Of a stretch of 64,000 nt of DNA, positions 9,677 through 19,381 are shown in pieces (the stretch's first letter is position 1; every line of letters begins with the position of its first letter). The DNA lies in contig OZ241996.1 in assembly GCA_965204535.1 (NCBI GenBank), positions 768,001 to 832,000 on the forward strand, written 5' to 3'. Below the pieces are notes generated by a model. The model was not told the DNA's origin and did not search any database. It worked only from the letters and a program-made list of their open reading frames with translations. Made by a program: the position numbers and the translations under genes. This stretch comes from a bacterium. Lineage in GTDB: Bacteria; UBA8248.

Positions 9677-10546
9677 TCACCCGCCGGGCGCGCGGCCCCG
9701 GAAGATGGATGCGGCGAATTGTCTGACGCCGCCGGTTACGGCGCGGCGCTTGAGTCCCTTGATGGCGCCCGTGGGGCTGATGCCCTTGGGGCAGCTCTCC
9801 GTGCAGTTGTATTGCGAGTGGCACCGCCAGGCGCCGTCCTCGGTACAAACCTCCAGAAGCCTCTCCAGTCCCAAGGCGTCGCGGCTGTCGTTCACGAGCG
9901 TGTAGGCGCGGTTGAGCGCCGCGGGCCCCAGGTAGTCACTATCATGCCCTACAATAGAGCAAGAAGCATAGCAGATTCCGCACGTGATGCACTCGATGTG
10001 CGGCTCGATGCGTTTTCGCTCGCGCGAACCCGGCGCGATGAGCGCAGGAGCCTTCTCCGCCGCGCTCGTGGGTTCGAGCCAGCCGCGCGCGCGTTTCATC
10101 TTTTCGAAGAAAGGCGACATGTCGACCGCCAGATCGCGGAGCACCGGGAAATTGGTGAGCGGCTCGAGCGTGATTTCATCGCCAAGTCCTTCGAGTCTTG
10201 TTCTGCAGGCCCATGCGGGGCGTCCGTTGACTTTCAAGGCGCAGGTGCCGCACATGCCCACCCGGCAGGAGTAGCGGAATGAAAGCGCGGGTTCCTGCGC
10301 GCTCTGGACGGCGACCAGGGCGTCGAGCACCGTCATGCGCGGGCCGGTCTCGATTTGGAATGTATCGAAGCGCTCATCGGGGTCGCCCGCAGCGCCGCCC
10401 CGGCGGATCTTCACGCGCATCATGGGGCGTTTTTCCGCCTTTTCTTTCTGTTCTTCTTTTTCCGGGACAGGCTCTTCCTGCGTTTCTTGTTCCTGCGCTC
10501 CTTCGGTGATTTGCGCGTCTTCGCTCACTCGAACTTCTTCGTTCAC
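9677..10546 (-). CDS. Succinate dehydrogenase/fumarate reductase iron-sulfur subunit
   Basis: SCRVGMCGTC, CITCGICYASC, CHSQYNCTESCP; GTG start overlaps upstream stop (GTGA). Confidence 0.92.
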   Translation of the reverse strand: MNEEVRVSEDAQITEGAQEQETQEEPVPEKEEQKEKAEKRPMMRVKIRRGGAAGDPDERFDTFQIETGPRMTVLDALVAVQSAQEPALSFRYSCRVGMCGTCALKVNGRPAWACRTRLEGLGDEITLEPLTNFPVLRDLAVDMSPFFEKMKRARGWLEPTSAAEKAPALIAPGSRERKRIEPHIECITCGICYASCSIVGHDSDYLGPAALNRAYTLVNDSRDALGLERLLEVCTEDGAWRCHSQYNCTESCPKGISPTGAIKGLKRRAVTGGVRQFAASIFRGRAPGG

Positions 10547-10893
10547 GCCATGAACCTCCAGTATTCGGTGTGCATGTAGGCCAGCCAGAAGAACGCGGCT
10601 ATTCCCAAGACGCACAGCACCCAGAAGAGTTTCCGCTGGTGGCGATCGGGAAAGCCGAAATCGGTCAGAATCACTTTTATCCCGTGCATGGCGTGCCAGA
10701 CGACGAGGAGCAGCATCGTGATCCGCACCGAATCGATGTAGGGGTTCATCACGTGGATCGGGAACAGGACGATGAGCGCGAGTGCGGATAGCCTTTGCAG
10801 CACCCAGGACCACATGCCCGGATACATCGAGCGCCATGCGCTGATCTTCCAGACGGGTGGTTTGTTGGTCACGGGGTCTTTCGCTATCGTCAT
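10543..10893 (-). CDS. Sdh/Frd cytochrome b membrane anchor subunit
   Basis: GMWSWVLQRLS, WHAMHGIKVILTDFG; about three TM helices; between flavoprotein and Fe-S genes. Confidence 0.8.
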   Translation of the reverse strand: MTIAKDPVTNKPPVWKISAWRSMYPGMWSWVLQRLSALALIVLFPIHVMNPYIDSVRITMLLLVVWHAMHGIKVILTDFGFPDRHQRKLFWVLCVLGIAAFFWLAYMHTEYWRFMA

Positions 10894-10918
10894 CGTTAAT
10901 CTTCGCTCCGCTCAAATG

Positions 10919-12670
10919 TCAGTCGATGAAATTGGGGTCGGGCTCCAACTGCGCGGCCGGCTCCGCCTGCGGGTGCAGGCGGGGAAACGCGACGGGTTTC
11001 CGTTCGATGACCGCCGCATCGCCCTCTCGCTTGATGTAGACGTTGTAGAGGTCCTCATCCTGAGTCTCGGGGCAATCGTCGCGGTAGTGGCTGCCCCGGC
11101 TCTCGTCGCGCTCAAGCGCTGAAAAGGCGATGAGTTCCGCGACCAGTACCTGGTTTCTCACGTCGAGCGCGTGCTGCCAGGCGAGGTTGTAGGCGGGTCC
11201 GCCTCCCGCACGGGCTTCGGCCGCGCGTCTCTTCAGATCGTGAAGGATACGAACCCCGCTCTGGATGTCTGCGCCGTTTCGTCTCAGGCCCACCTTGTTC
11301 CACATGGTTTCTTTCAGTTCCGCCCGGATGGGGTAGGGGGATTCACCTTCGCCCAGCGCATCCAGCGTTTTCTCCTCAGCAACAGCGAGCGCCTCCGCGT
11401 CATAGGGGAGGAGAGGGGATTCCGCCGCCTCTTCGGCCATGGCTTCGCCCGCAATCTCGCCGAACACCGTGGCGTTCGCCACCCCGTTTCCGCCCAGGCG
11501 GTTCGCGCCGTGCGTGCCGCCCGCGTCTTCGCCGGCGGCGTAAAGCCCCGGTAAATTCGTCCGGCAGGCGGTGTCTATCTTCACGCCGCCCATCATGTAA
11601 TGCGCGGTGGGGGTGACCTCCACGGGGCCGCCGACTAAGTCGTAGCCCAGATCGGCGCAGCGCTCGACCATGCCCTTGAAGTTCTTGCGCACGAAGGATT
11701 TTCCCAGATGGCTCACGTCGATGAACACGCCGCCGCGCTCCGTACCTCGTCCTTCGATGATCTCGGTGTAGCCCGCGCGCGATACCACGTCGCGCGTGGC
11801 GCGCTCCATGCGCTCGGGGTCGTAGCGCTCCATGTAACGCTCGCCCGCCGCGTTCTTGAGGTGCCCGCCCGCGCCGCGCAGGCCTTCTTCGAGCAGCGTG
11901 CCGGTTATCTGGAGGCCGTCTCCCGTCAGGATGCCCGTGGGGTGGAACTGCACCATCTCCATGTCGCAGAACGATGCGCCCGCCTCCCAGGCGACCGCCA
12001 TGCCGTCGGTGGCGAGTTCCTGCGCACAGGCGGAGATTTTATAGAGCGTGGGGCCGCCGCCCGTGGCGAGGAGCGTGCACTTCGCGTTCACGGCGATGAA
12101 TTCGCCGTTCTGGATGTCGAGCAGTAGCGCGCCCGCCACCCGCTCCGGCTCCCTTCTTGCGGGCAGGAGGGCCACGGCCCTGGTTTCTTCGAGCACGTCC
12201 ACCCCGCGCCTGACGAGTTGCTCGGCCACGCGGTTGGTGATCTCGATGCCCGTGAGGTCGCCCTTGTGCACCGTTCTGTCAAAACTCTGGCCCGCGAAGG
12301 CTTTCTGGTGGATCGTGCCGTCCTCGTTTCTGTCGAAAAAGCACCCGCACACGGTTTCGAGCCGCTCCACGCAGCCGGGCGCGCGGCTCACGAGCGTCCA
12401 GGCGAGTTCCTGATCGTTAATCCACGCCCCGCCTTTCAGGGTGTCGAGAAAGTGCTTCTCCACCGAATCGGTCTCGGCGAGCGCGACGTTGTAGCCGCCC
12501 TGCACCATGCGCGTGCAGCCGCTTTTCCCAAACAGACCCTTGACCGCCACGGTGATGTCCAGGGCGGGGTTTTCGGTGTGCGCGGCGAGTGCGGCAAGCA
12601 GGCCCGCGCCGCCCGAACCCAAGATGAGGATGTCCGTTTTCATCGTGCGCAAGAGAGCGTTTCCCCACAT
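10919..12670 (-). CDS. SdhA/FrdA/NadB-family flavoprotein
   Basis: GSGGAG, QFHPTG, TRDVVSR, HYMMGG, HGANRLGGN, R.ESRGSH; start may be 12643. Confidence 0.92.
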   Translation of the reverse strand: MWGNALLRTMKTDILILGSGGAGLLAALAAHTENPALDITVAVKGLFGKSGCTRMVQGGYNVALAETDSVEKHFLDTLKGGAWINDQELAWTLVSRAPGCVERLETVCGCFFDRNEDGTIHQKAFAGQSFDRTVHKGDLTGIEITNRVAEQLVRRGVDVLEETRAVALLPARREPERVAGALLLDIQNGEFIAVNAKCTLLATGGGPTLYKISACAQELATDGMAVAWEAGASFCDMEMVQFHPTGILTGDGLQITGTLLEEGLRGAGGHLKNAAGERYMERYDPERMERATRDVVSRAGYTEIIEGRGTERGGVFIDVSHLGKSFVRKNFKGMVERCADLGYDLVGGPVEVTPTAHYMMGGVKIDTACRTNLPGLYAAGEDAGGTHGANRLGGNGVANATVFGEIAGEAMAEEAAESPLLPYDAEALAVAEEKTLDALGEGESPYPIRAELKETMWNKVGLRRNGADIQSGVRILHDLKRRAAEARAGGGPAYNLAWQHALDVRNQVLVAELIAFSALERDESRGSHYRDDCPETQDEDLYNVYIKREGDAAVIERKPVAFPRLHPQAEPAAQLEPDPNFID

Positions 12671-12790
12671 GAATCAAGAGGTTTCTTCACCACGGGCAAG
12701 AATGCCACACCGGATGGGAGCGAACAAGTAATCTTAAAAACAGGGTGCGTGGGTGGGCGTATGGGGATAATTATTCCGGGCGGCGGCTTC

Positions 12791-13091
12791 GGGGTTGTTG
12801 AAGAAGCCCGAGGAGAGAGGAATCACTCCCCCCTTGAGGGGGAGTCGAAGAGCTAAGGGCGTAAGCCCGCAAGCGATTCGGTGGGGGGTATAATCCGGAA
12901 TGGCGATAAAACGCATTTTACCCCCCACCGAGTCAGCCTTCGCACAAACCGCTCGGCTTCCTCGACTCCCCCTCAAGGGGGGAGTGAATTTCACCTCTCT
13001 TTGGGTAGGAATGACCCTCAAGGAGGGGTGTTTCTCATGATTCTTGTCGGTCGCGTCGAACCCTGATTCATCGGGATTTTTCAACAACCCC
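12791..13091. mobile_element. MITE-like element with IS1182-type ends carrying paired palindromes
   Basis: Ends GGGGTTGTTGAAGAA / TTTTTCAACAACCCC; internal inverted pair TCACTCCCCCCTTGAGGGGGAGTCGA ... TCGACTCCCCCTCAAGGGGGGAGTGA. Confidence 0.75.
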
Positions 13092-13137
13092 AATCGCCCG
13101 CCTCATATTTTGAGAGAGCAATCAGAGTCCGGCCGTA

Positions 13138-13821
13138 TTACAACTTCTCCAGAATGATGACGCGGCGCTCATCCGTCCAGCGGCACGCGAAGCCGAAATG
13201 CTCCTGAATCCACGCGAAACTCTCGGGCCGATAGAAGCAAAGGTGGGTGAAGTCGCGCCTGTAGTGCCAGTTATTGGCGAATAAGGCCTCGTCCCAGAAT
13301 GCCGTCATGACGCCCAGGAGTCCGCCCGATTTCAAGTTTTCATAAATCCGCCCGATTTCTTCTCTCGGATGCCTCAGATGCTCGAAGGTCTCGCTCGCGG
13401 CGATGAAATCGAACGGGCCGTCCGGCATCTCCGGGAAGAAATACGGATCGTAGGGCAGGCACTCGAAGCCTTCCGCCCGGAGCAGCTCACACAAGACGAG
13501 GCGTCCGTCGGCCGAAGGTCCCGCGCCGAAATCAAGCCCCCGCGCGCCCCGGGGGAGCATCCTCGTCAAGGGCTCGCTCAACTGCTTTAGAAAGGAGACG
13601 TAGCCCGCATCGGAAGCGGAATTGCGGTGCTGTTCGTATCTCTCTTTCTCGACCTGGGGCGCGGGCCAGAACCCGGGCGGTACGAAAACGAGGCGGCAGA
13701 CGGGACACTGAAAATAATCCCTCCCATCGGCGTGAAGATAGAGCACAGCCTCGCCCGACCCGCATAGGGGGCAGATTTCATACTTCTCATCCGGCGAGTG
13801 TTCTGGTCGGGTACCGGCCAT
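13138..13821 (-). CDS. Class I SAM-dependent methyltransferase with N-terminal Zn ribbon
   Basis: CPLC...CPVC, LDFGAG, YDPYF, ETFEHL, WHYRRDFTH. Confidence 0.88.
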   Translation of the reverse strand: MAGTRPEHSPDEKYEICPLCGSGEAVLYLHADGRDYFQCPVCRLVFVPPGFWPAPQVEKERYEQHRNSASDAGYVSFLKQLSEPLTRMLPRGARGLDFGAGPSADGRLVLCELLRAEGFECLPYDPYFFPEMPDGPFDFIAASETFEHLRHPREEIGRIYENLKSGGLLGVMTAFWDEALFANNWHYRRDFTHLCFYRPESFAWIQEHFGFACRWTDERRVIILEKL

Positions 13822-14036
13822 TCAGATAGCCCATCCTGGGGTGGGGGCGTTTTGCAGGGATCAAACACATCGGGAAAAGTGTAATCTTTATGTATGCCCT
13901 CAACAACGGGGTTGATGAAAAAGCCCCCTCCCCAGGGGATAAAGGCAACCCCCCTACCCCCCTTGTCAGGGGGGCAAGAAAAAACAAAAGCACCTCTACC
14001 GGCGGCGGGCGCCGCCTTTTCATACCCCCCTGACAA

Positions 14037-15549
14037 GGGGCTGTTGAAAAACCCTGTTTTGAAGCAGGGGGTATGGCGGCTCACGCGGCTTGGGATAGGA
14101 AGCCCAATCGGCGCGTGAGGCCGCGATATGCGCGCAGACGGCGTCTCCGGGCGGCCCAGGCCCTCCACAGAGCGAATATATCCGCCGCAAAAGCGGCGGC
14201 CAGCCGCTTGAGGTTCACCGCAGTCGCCGTCAGGTAGGCCTGGATCCTCATGTTCGCAAGGCCCCGGCGCACCGCCCGCCCCAGTCCGTGCCGACTCTTC
14301 GCTTCGCCGTGGTAGCCCTCCGAACGCGACATGTGGCGGCGCCACAGCCGGCCCTCCTCCTCCCCCCGGCGCGCGTGCCGCCGGCGCGCGCGCAACAGCG
14401 CCGGATATTCATGCGGAATCAGCACCGTCCTGCTCGTGTGCGACTTGGGCAGACAATCCGACCTCAGCGCGCAGCCCGCGCAATCGCGCGTCCTCGAACC
14501 ATAGTAGCGCCCCCGCTCCGTCTCCTTCCGGGGACGCAGCGTCTTGCCGCCCGGACACTTCACCACCTTGTGCCGCTCGTCGTAGCGGAACAACTGCAGC
14601 GGAACACGGCTCTGGGAAGGCTCCTTCTTCGCCGGTATCAGCGCATCAACACCCCGCCGCTCCAATCCCGCATACACCTTCGAGTACGCATAACCACTAT
14701 CCGCCGTCACCACCGCGGGCGCGCGACCCGTGAGCTCGCAAACCGCATCCAACTGCGGCTCCATCATCTCCCGCTCGTTCAACGTCCCCGCCGTCACCTC
14801 TACGTCGAGGACAACGCCCCGCTCGTCGTCCACCACCGCGTGGTGCTTGTAGCTCGGCTCGAACCCCGCCCGAGCGCTCTTGCGCGCCAGGCGCGCGTCG
14901 GGGTCCGTACGGCTCACCGGACCCGAACCCCCGCCGCCCTTCTTCCCCGCCTCATCCGCCGAGTCGTTCTCCCGCACCACCTTCTCCGCGTGGCGCGCCG
15001 CCAGACTCTCCCAACTCACGTCCGCGCGTATCAAAGACGCGTCCATGTGAACCACTTCCCCCTTCGCCACCTGCGCCTCCAGGCACGCCTGAACCGTGCG
15101 GCGCAATATTTCCTTGAACCGCGCCTCCCCCCACCGCTGGCGAATCCGCGTCAGGCTCGAATGATCCGGCAACTCCTCGTGCAGCTCGTAACCGATGAAC
15201 CACCGGATCGCCAGGTTCACCTGCGCCTCGCGAAGCAGATGCCGGTCGTGCACGTGGCCCAGCAGAAGACCCGCCAGCATCAACCGCACCACCACTTCCG
15301 GGTCGATCCCCGGTCGACCGTTGTCCGCGCAATAGCACTCCGCCACCTCCTCGCGAAGCCAACTCAAATCCAGTACGCGGTTCACCCGGAACAATATGTA
15401 ATCTTCGGGAATCAACTGCTCCAGCGAACCGGCCACGAACAATTCCATCTGCCCGCGCCTCTTGCGGTCCAACATCGGGGAATCTCCCATCTCGGGCGAG
15501 GGGGGATAACTCCATACGATCACAAAACCAGGGGTTTTTCAACAGGCCC
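14037..15549 (-). mobile_element. IS1182-family insertion sequence
   Basis: TIRs GGGGCTGTTGAAAAACCC / GGGTTTTTCAACAGGCCC; imperfect 5-bp flanks GACAA/GTCAA; one transposase. Confidence 0.88.
14081..15475 (-). CDS. IS1182-family DDE transposase
   Basis: GRPGIDP, PDHSSL, MDASLIRA, TDPDA, ADSGY, C-terminal CPGG / CAGCALR..C module. Confidence 0.92.
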   Translation of the reverse strand: MLDRKRRGQMELFVAGSLEQLIPEDYILFRVNRVLDLSWLREEVAECYCADNGRPGIDPEVVVRLMLAGLLLGHVHDRHLLREAQVNLAIRWFIGYELHEELPDHSSLTRIRQRWGEARFKEILRRTVQACLEAQVAKGEVVHMDASLIRADVSWESLAARHAEKVVRENDSADEAGKKGGGGSGPVSRTDPDARLARKSARAGFEPSYKHHAVVDDERGVVLDVEVTAGTLNEREMMEPQLDAVCELTGRAPAVVTADSGYAYSKVYAGLERRGVDALIPAKKEPSQSRVPLQLFRYDERHKVVKCPGGKTLRPRKETERGRYYGSRTRDCAGCALRSDCLPKSHTSRTVLIPHEYPALLRARRRHARRGEEEGRLWRRHMSRSEGYHGEAKSRHGLGRAVRRGLANMRIQAYLTATAVNLKRLAAAFAADIFALWRAWAARRRRLRAYRGLTRRLGFLSQAA

Positions 15550-15791
15550 GTCAAGGGGGGGTAGGGGGGGTTGGTTTTCAAGGCGAGAGCCTGCGCCGCC
15601 GCTACTCAGGATGAGGCGGAGAGGGGTTTTTCGACAAACCCACTACGAAATACGTTCCACCATGCTCTCGTCTCGGGTCCAAACATCGCCCCTCATATTG
15701 ACACCCCATGCGCCATCCCCTAGCTTGGGGCGCTTTTACGGGAACGGCGCGAACTATCTCACCATGATTCATCATCGAAAAGGATTTTGCC

Positions 15792-16556
15792 TTGATACTC
15801 GATAAATTTCGTCTGGACGGAAAGGCGGCCCTGGTGACGGGCGCGGGTACGGGCCTGGGCGAGGCGATGGCGCTGGGTCTGGCCGAAGCCGGCGCGGACG
15901 TGGCTGTTTTGGGCAGGAGAGAGAACCTGGTGGTCGAAACGGCTCGCCGGGTCGAGGCCCTGGGGCGCCGCGCGCTGGTGGTCGCGGCGGACGTGACGAA
16001 GGCGGACGAGGTGGCCCGCGCCGTGGAGCGGACCGAAGAGGCCCTGGGCGGTATCGGCATCCTGATAAACGGAGCGGGCGTGATAAACGCCGACCCGAGC
16101 GTGGACGTGAGCCCGGAGGATTTTCGCTTTGTGGTCGACGTGAACCTGACGGGCGCTTTTCTGTGCGCGCAGGCCGCAGGACGCGGGATGCTCGAGCGAG
16201 GTTCCGGCAGCATCGTGAGCATCGGCACGTTCCTGGGCGAACGGGGCCACCGGCCCGCGCGCGCGGCCTATAACGCGAGCAAATACGGCGTGGTGGGCCT
16301 GACGAAATCGCTCGCGATGGAGTGGGGCGGGCGCGGCGTTCGCGTGAACTGCATCTGCCCGGGGGTGCACAGAACGCCCATGCTCGCACCCGCGCTCACA
16401 GACCCTGAAGTGGAAGCGGGTTTAAACGAGAGGACGATACTCGGCCGTGTGGGCGAGCCCGAAGATATCGTGGGTCTCGCGGTTTTTCTGGCGTCCGACG
16501 CATCGGCCTACATCACGGGCGAGAGCATATTCGAAGACGGGGGAGGGTGGCTGTAA
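15792..16556 (+). CDS. SDR family oxidoreductase
   Basis: TGAGTGLG, NGAG, YNASK, VRVNCICPG. Confidence 0.92.
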   Translation: MILDKFRLDGKAALVTGAGTGLGEAMALGLAEAGADVAVLGRRENLVVETARRVEALGRRALVVAADVTKADEVARAVERTEEALGGIGILINGAGVINADPSVDVSPEDFRFVVDVNLTGAFLCAQAAGRGMLERGSGSIVSIGTFLGERGHRPARAAYNASKYGVVGLTKSLAMEWGGRGVRVNCICPGVHRTPMLAPALTDPEVEAGLNERTILGRVGEPEDIVGLAVFLASDASAYITGESIFEDGGGWL

Positions 16557-16644
16557 GGCCCGGTAAAAAAGATGGCGGATGGCGTGCGGCGGCAAGGCGG
16601 AGGCTTCCATCGGGGCGTCGCCGCAATGGATACGGAGAGAGAGA

Positions 16645-17361
16645 ATGCCGGAATTACAAGCGATCATTTTTGATTTCGACGGCACCATCGCGGACAGCGA
16701 GCCGCTGCATCTGGCGGCGTTCCAGGCGGTGCTCTCGGAAGAGCTGGACCTGGACCTGACCGAAGAGGAATACGCCGAGCGCTACCTCGCCTTCGACGAC
16801 AGGCTCCTGTTCACGCACGTGCTGAACGATCGCGGCGTGGGCGTAGAGCCCGACCGCTTCGAGCAGCTCCTGGAGTTGAAAGAGGCGCGCTACCAGGAAA
16901 TCGCGCTGGCGCCCCAGATTCTCCCCGGTGCCGCCGAGATGATCCGCGCCGCCGCCGCGCACTGGCCCCTCGCCATTGCGAGCGGCGCCCTGGGCCACGA
17001 GGTGCGTCCCGTGCTGGAGCGGGTGGGCTTGATCGATTGTTTCCCGATCATCGTGACGGCGGAGATGGTGAGCCGGGGAAAGCCGGACCCGGAGAGTTTC
17101 CTGACGGCGCTTGCGCGGATAAATGAGGGCCGCGCCGAACTTATTCCGCCGGGGTCGTGCCTCGTGGTGGAGGATTCCGTCGCGGGCGTGCGCTCGGGAG
17201 GTGCCGCCGGGATGCGGACGCTCGCGGTGACGACGAGCTACCCCGCCGATAAGCTGACCGAGGCCGACCGCGTCGTGGATTCACTGGAGGAGACCGTCGA
17301 CCCCGGCGGTCTGGCCGCCTGGTTCGCCGCCCTGCCGTCTGCCTCGTCTCGGAGTGGATAG
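16645..17361 (+). CDS. HAD family phosphatase
   Basis: FDFDGT, KPDP, VEDS..G motifs. Confidence 0.9.
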   Translation: MPELQAIIFDFDGTIADSEPLHLAAFQAVLSEELDLDLTEEEYAERYLAFDDRLLFTHVLNDRGVGVEPDRFEQLLELKEARYQEIALAPQILPGAAEMIRAAAAHWPLAIASGALGHEVRPVLERVGLIDCFPIIVTAEMVSRGKPDPESFLTALARINEGRAELIPPGSCLVVEDSVAGVRSGGAAGMRTLAVTTSYPADKLTEADRVVDSLEETVDPGGLAAWFAALPSASSRSG

Positions 17362-17370
17362 GAGAGGGAT

Positions 17371-17898
17371 ATGCCCATATTAAAGGTCGCGCGCATGGGC
17401 CACCCCGTCCTGCGCCGGAAGGCGAGCGAGGTCGAGCCCGAGTATCTTGGGGGGCCCGAACTTGCGGAAATCATCGAGGACATGTTCGAGACGATGGTGG
17501 AATACGCGGGCGTGGGTCTGGCGGCACCCCAGGTGCACTTGGGGATCAGGCTGTTCGTCATGCAATTTGACCCCGACGATGAGGAAACGCTGCGTTTTGC
17601 CGTGAACCCGAAGCTCACGGCCTTAGGCGACGAGGGCTGGGAGGAATGGGAGGGTTGTCTCAGCATCCCCGACATACATGGCCGCGTGCCGCGCAACGAC
17701 CGGGTGCGTCTGGAAGCGCAGGACCTGGAGGGACGCGTCTATGCCGAGGAGTTGGAGGGTTTCGCCGCGCGCGTCTGCCAGCATGAATACGATCATCTCG
17801 ACGGATTGATGTTTATCGACAGGATGCGCGATTTCACGACGCTTTGTTTCGGGGAGGAATACCGCAGGTATCACGCTCCGCGGCCCAAGGAGGATTGA
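17371..17898 (+). CDS. def: Peptide deformylase
   Basis: GVGLAAPQ, EGCLS, QHEYDHLDG. Confidence 0.97.
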   Translation: MPILKVARMGHPVLRRKASEVEPEYLGGPELAEIIEDMFETMVEYAGVGLAAPQVHLGIRLFVMQFDPDDEETLRFAVNPKLTALGDEGWEEWEGCLSIPDIHGRVPRNDRVRLEAQDLEGRVYAEELEGFAARVCQHEYDHLDGLMFIDRMRDFTTLCFGEEYRRYHAPRPKED

Positions 17899-17989
17899 GG
17901 GGCAGGAGGGGCGGTCTACTCGATCTCTCCCATATGGTCTGGTCGATACGGCGAGTCATAGAATGCAGGGGAAACGGAGGAATCAAAAC

Positions 17990-18568
17990 ATGACAATCAT
18001 CCTGGCTACAGGCACCCGCCGCCGTTCAGGATTTGGCGGCCGTCTCGGTTATTTGGCGCTTCTCCTGCTGTTGGGTCTCCCGGCAGCGGCGTTTGCTGCG
18101 CCGCCCTACCTCAAGACTCCGGCGCCGGTCATCTACCTGGCGGACAATCTGGACGAGCAGGATGGGCTTGGGTGGTGTATCGATACCCGCGGACGAGGAT
18201 TCAGCGATAGGCTGCATACGCACTCGTGCAAGCCGAGGGGCGGCGACGTGCAGTTCCGCTACGATGAGGTGGCGCGGCGGATAGCTTCGGCCACGTTTTC
18301 CGGGAAGTGCGCGGCGCTCCTGGCGCCGGCAGCCGCCGGGGTAACGCTTGGGCTGTTGGATTGCGCGAAGAATGCCACAGGCCAGGTCTTCGATTACGAC
18401 GACGCGGCGATGGAGTTCCGCCCCGGTGCCGACCGGTCGCTTTGCCTCGTCGCGGGCGCCGCAAGCAGGTCGGCCGGGCCGTACATGTCGCGCGACCTCG
18501 CGCTCGCGCCGTGCGCATCCACCGGGGCGAAGTTCAAGCAGTGGCGCATCAAGAAAGCCCGGCCCTGA
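17990..18568 (+). CDS. Secreted ricin-B/beta-trefoil lectin-like protein
   Basis: Signal peptide; paired Cys with CID / C..Q.F / KQW repeats; GGAGG RBS; start 17963 or 17990. Confidence 0.65.
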   Translation: MTIILATGTRRRSGFGGRLGYLALLLLLGLPAAAFAAPPYLKTPAPVIYLADNLDEQDGLGWCIDTRGRGFSDRLHTHSCKPRGGDVQFRYDEVARRIASATFSGKCAALLAPAAAGVTLGLLDCAKNATGQVFDYDDAAMEFRPGADRSLCLVAGAASRSAGPYMSRDLALAPCASTGAKFKQWRIKKARP

Positions 18569-18609
18569 GTGGTTGAGGCGAAAGTCAAAGAGGCCATCCG
18601 TCTGCTTTC

Positions 18610-18639
18610 TTGACAATTCATGATGTTTCATGATAGATT
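18610..18639 (+). promoter_or_regulatory. Sigma70-like promoter with tandem TCATGA palindromes (probable TA operator)
   Basis: TTGACA-18 nt-TAGATT; spacer has TTCATGA twice; directly upstream of the antitoxin. Confidence 0.6.
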
Positions 18640-18662
18640 TCGCCTAAGAATGGAGGTGCCCT

Positions 18663-18893
18663 ATGGCGACCCTAGAGCGAGAGAAGTTCGCAACCCAGGT
18701 GAATTCGGAAATTCTGGCCGCCGTCCGCAGCCTTGCGCGGAGCGAGGGGCGGCAGCTTCAGACCCTGGTGGATGAGGCTCTGGCCGACCTGATCGAGAAG
18801 CGCAAGGGAAGCAGGCCGCGCCCCCACGTCATGGCGGTCTATCAGGCGAGTCACGAGAGATACGCGCCGCTTTACAAAAAACTCGCTGAATGA
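18663..18893 (+). CDS. Putative RHH-type antitoxin
   Basis: 76 aa, beta-helix-helix pattern, ATGA overlap with Doc toxin. Confidence 0.8.
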   Translation: MATLEREKFATQVNSEILAAVRSLARSEGRQLQTLVDEALADLIEKRKGSRPRPHVMAVYQASHERYAPLYKKLAE

Positions 18894-19273
18894 CGGACTA
18901 TCCGACCCTCGTTGAAGTTCTTGCAATCCACCAAGACCAGATTGAGCGATACGGCGGGGCCGAAGGCGTGCGTGATGCGGGTCTGCTCGAAGCCGCACTG
19001 TTTCGGCCACAGACGGGCTACTACGCCGATCTGATTGAGGAGGCTGCCGCGCTCTGGGAGAGTATGGAGAGCAATCACCCGTTCGTCGACGGAAACAAGC
19101 GCACGGCTTTCGCCGTCACCTATACGTTTCTCGCGATCAACGGGGTGTGGATTACGGCGGACGCCGAGAATACCTATAACTTCATCATCGGCCTGCATGA
19201 AACGGATTCGTTCATCTTCGAGCGATTGAGAGATTGGCTCCGCGAGAATGTCCGTCTCGATGCTCCGGAATGA
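18890..19273 (+). CDS. doc: Death-on-curing (Doc/Fic) toxin
   Basis: HPFVDGNKRTA; GVRD.GLLE.AL.RP. Confidence 0.92.
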   Translation: MTDYPTLVEVLAIHQDQIERYGGAEGVRDAGLLEAALFRPQTGYYADLIEEAAALWESMESNHPFVDGNKRTAFAVTYTFLAINGVWITADAENTYNFIIGLHETDSFIFERLRDWLRENVRLDAPE

Positions 19274-19381
19274 TTGCGACCACTCAGGCGGGCCGAGCTT
19301 CTTCGCGGATATGCGGGATTTCACTTCTCTTTGCTTCGGTGAGAAATACCGGGGGTATCACGCCCTGCGCGACCCAAGGAA
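19263..19381 (+). repeat. Degenerate copy of def 3' end (D2)
   Basis: Translates LRNDCDHSGGPSFFADMRDFTSLCFGEKYRGYHA versus Def CQHEYDHLDGLMFIDRMRDFTTLCFGEEYRRYHA. Confidence 0.85.

Larger units (their letters stand above)
13908..15641. mobile_element. MITE-like element interrupted by the IS1182-family IS
   Basis: Ends GGGGTTGATGAAAAAGCCCC / GGGGTTTTTCGACAAACCC; interior homologous to the IS-free copy at 42201-42442. Confidence 0.65.

Noticed and set aside
10547-10915. N-terminal extension of the Fe-S subunit ORF
   Set aside because: Region encodes the membrane anchor in another frame; GTG at 10546 has a good RBS.
12734-13093. ORFs over repeat elements (also 13587-14345, 34314-34742, 36898-37320, 42132-42520, 52717-53365)
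   Set aside because: They translate TIRs and palindromes (GLLKN, FFNNP, PPLRG); no RBS or protein motifs.
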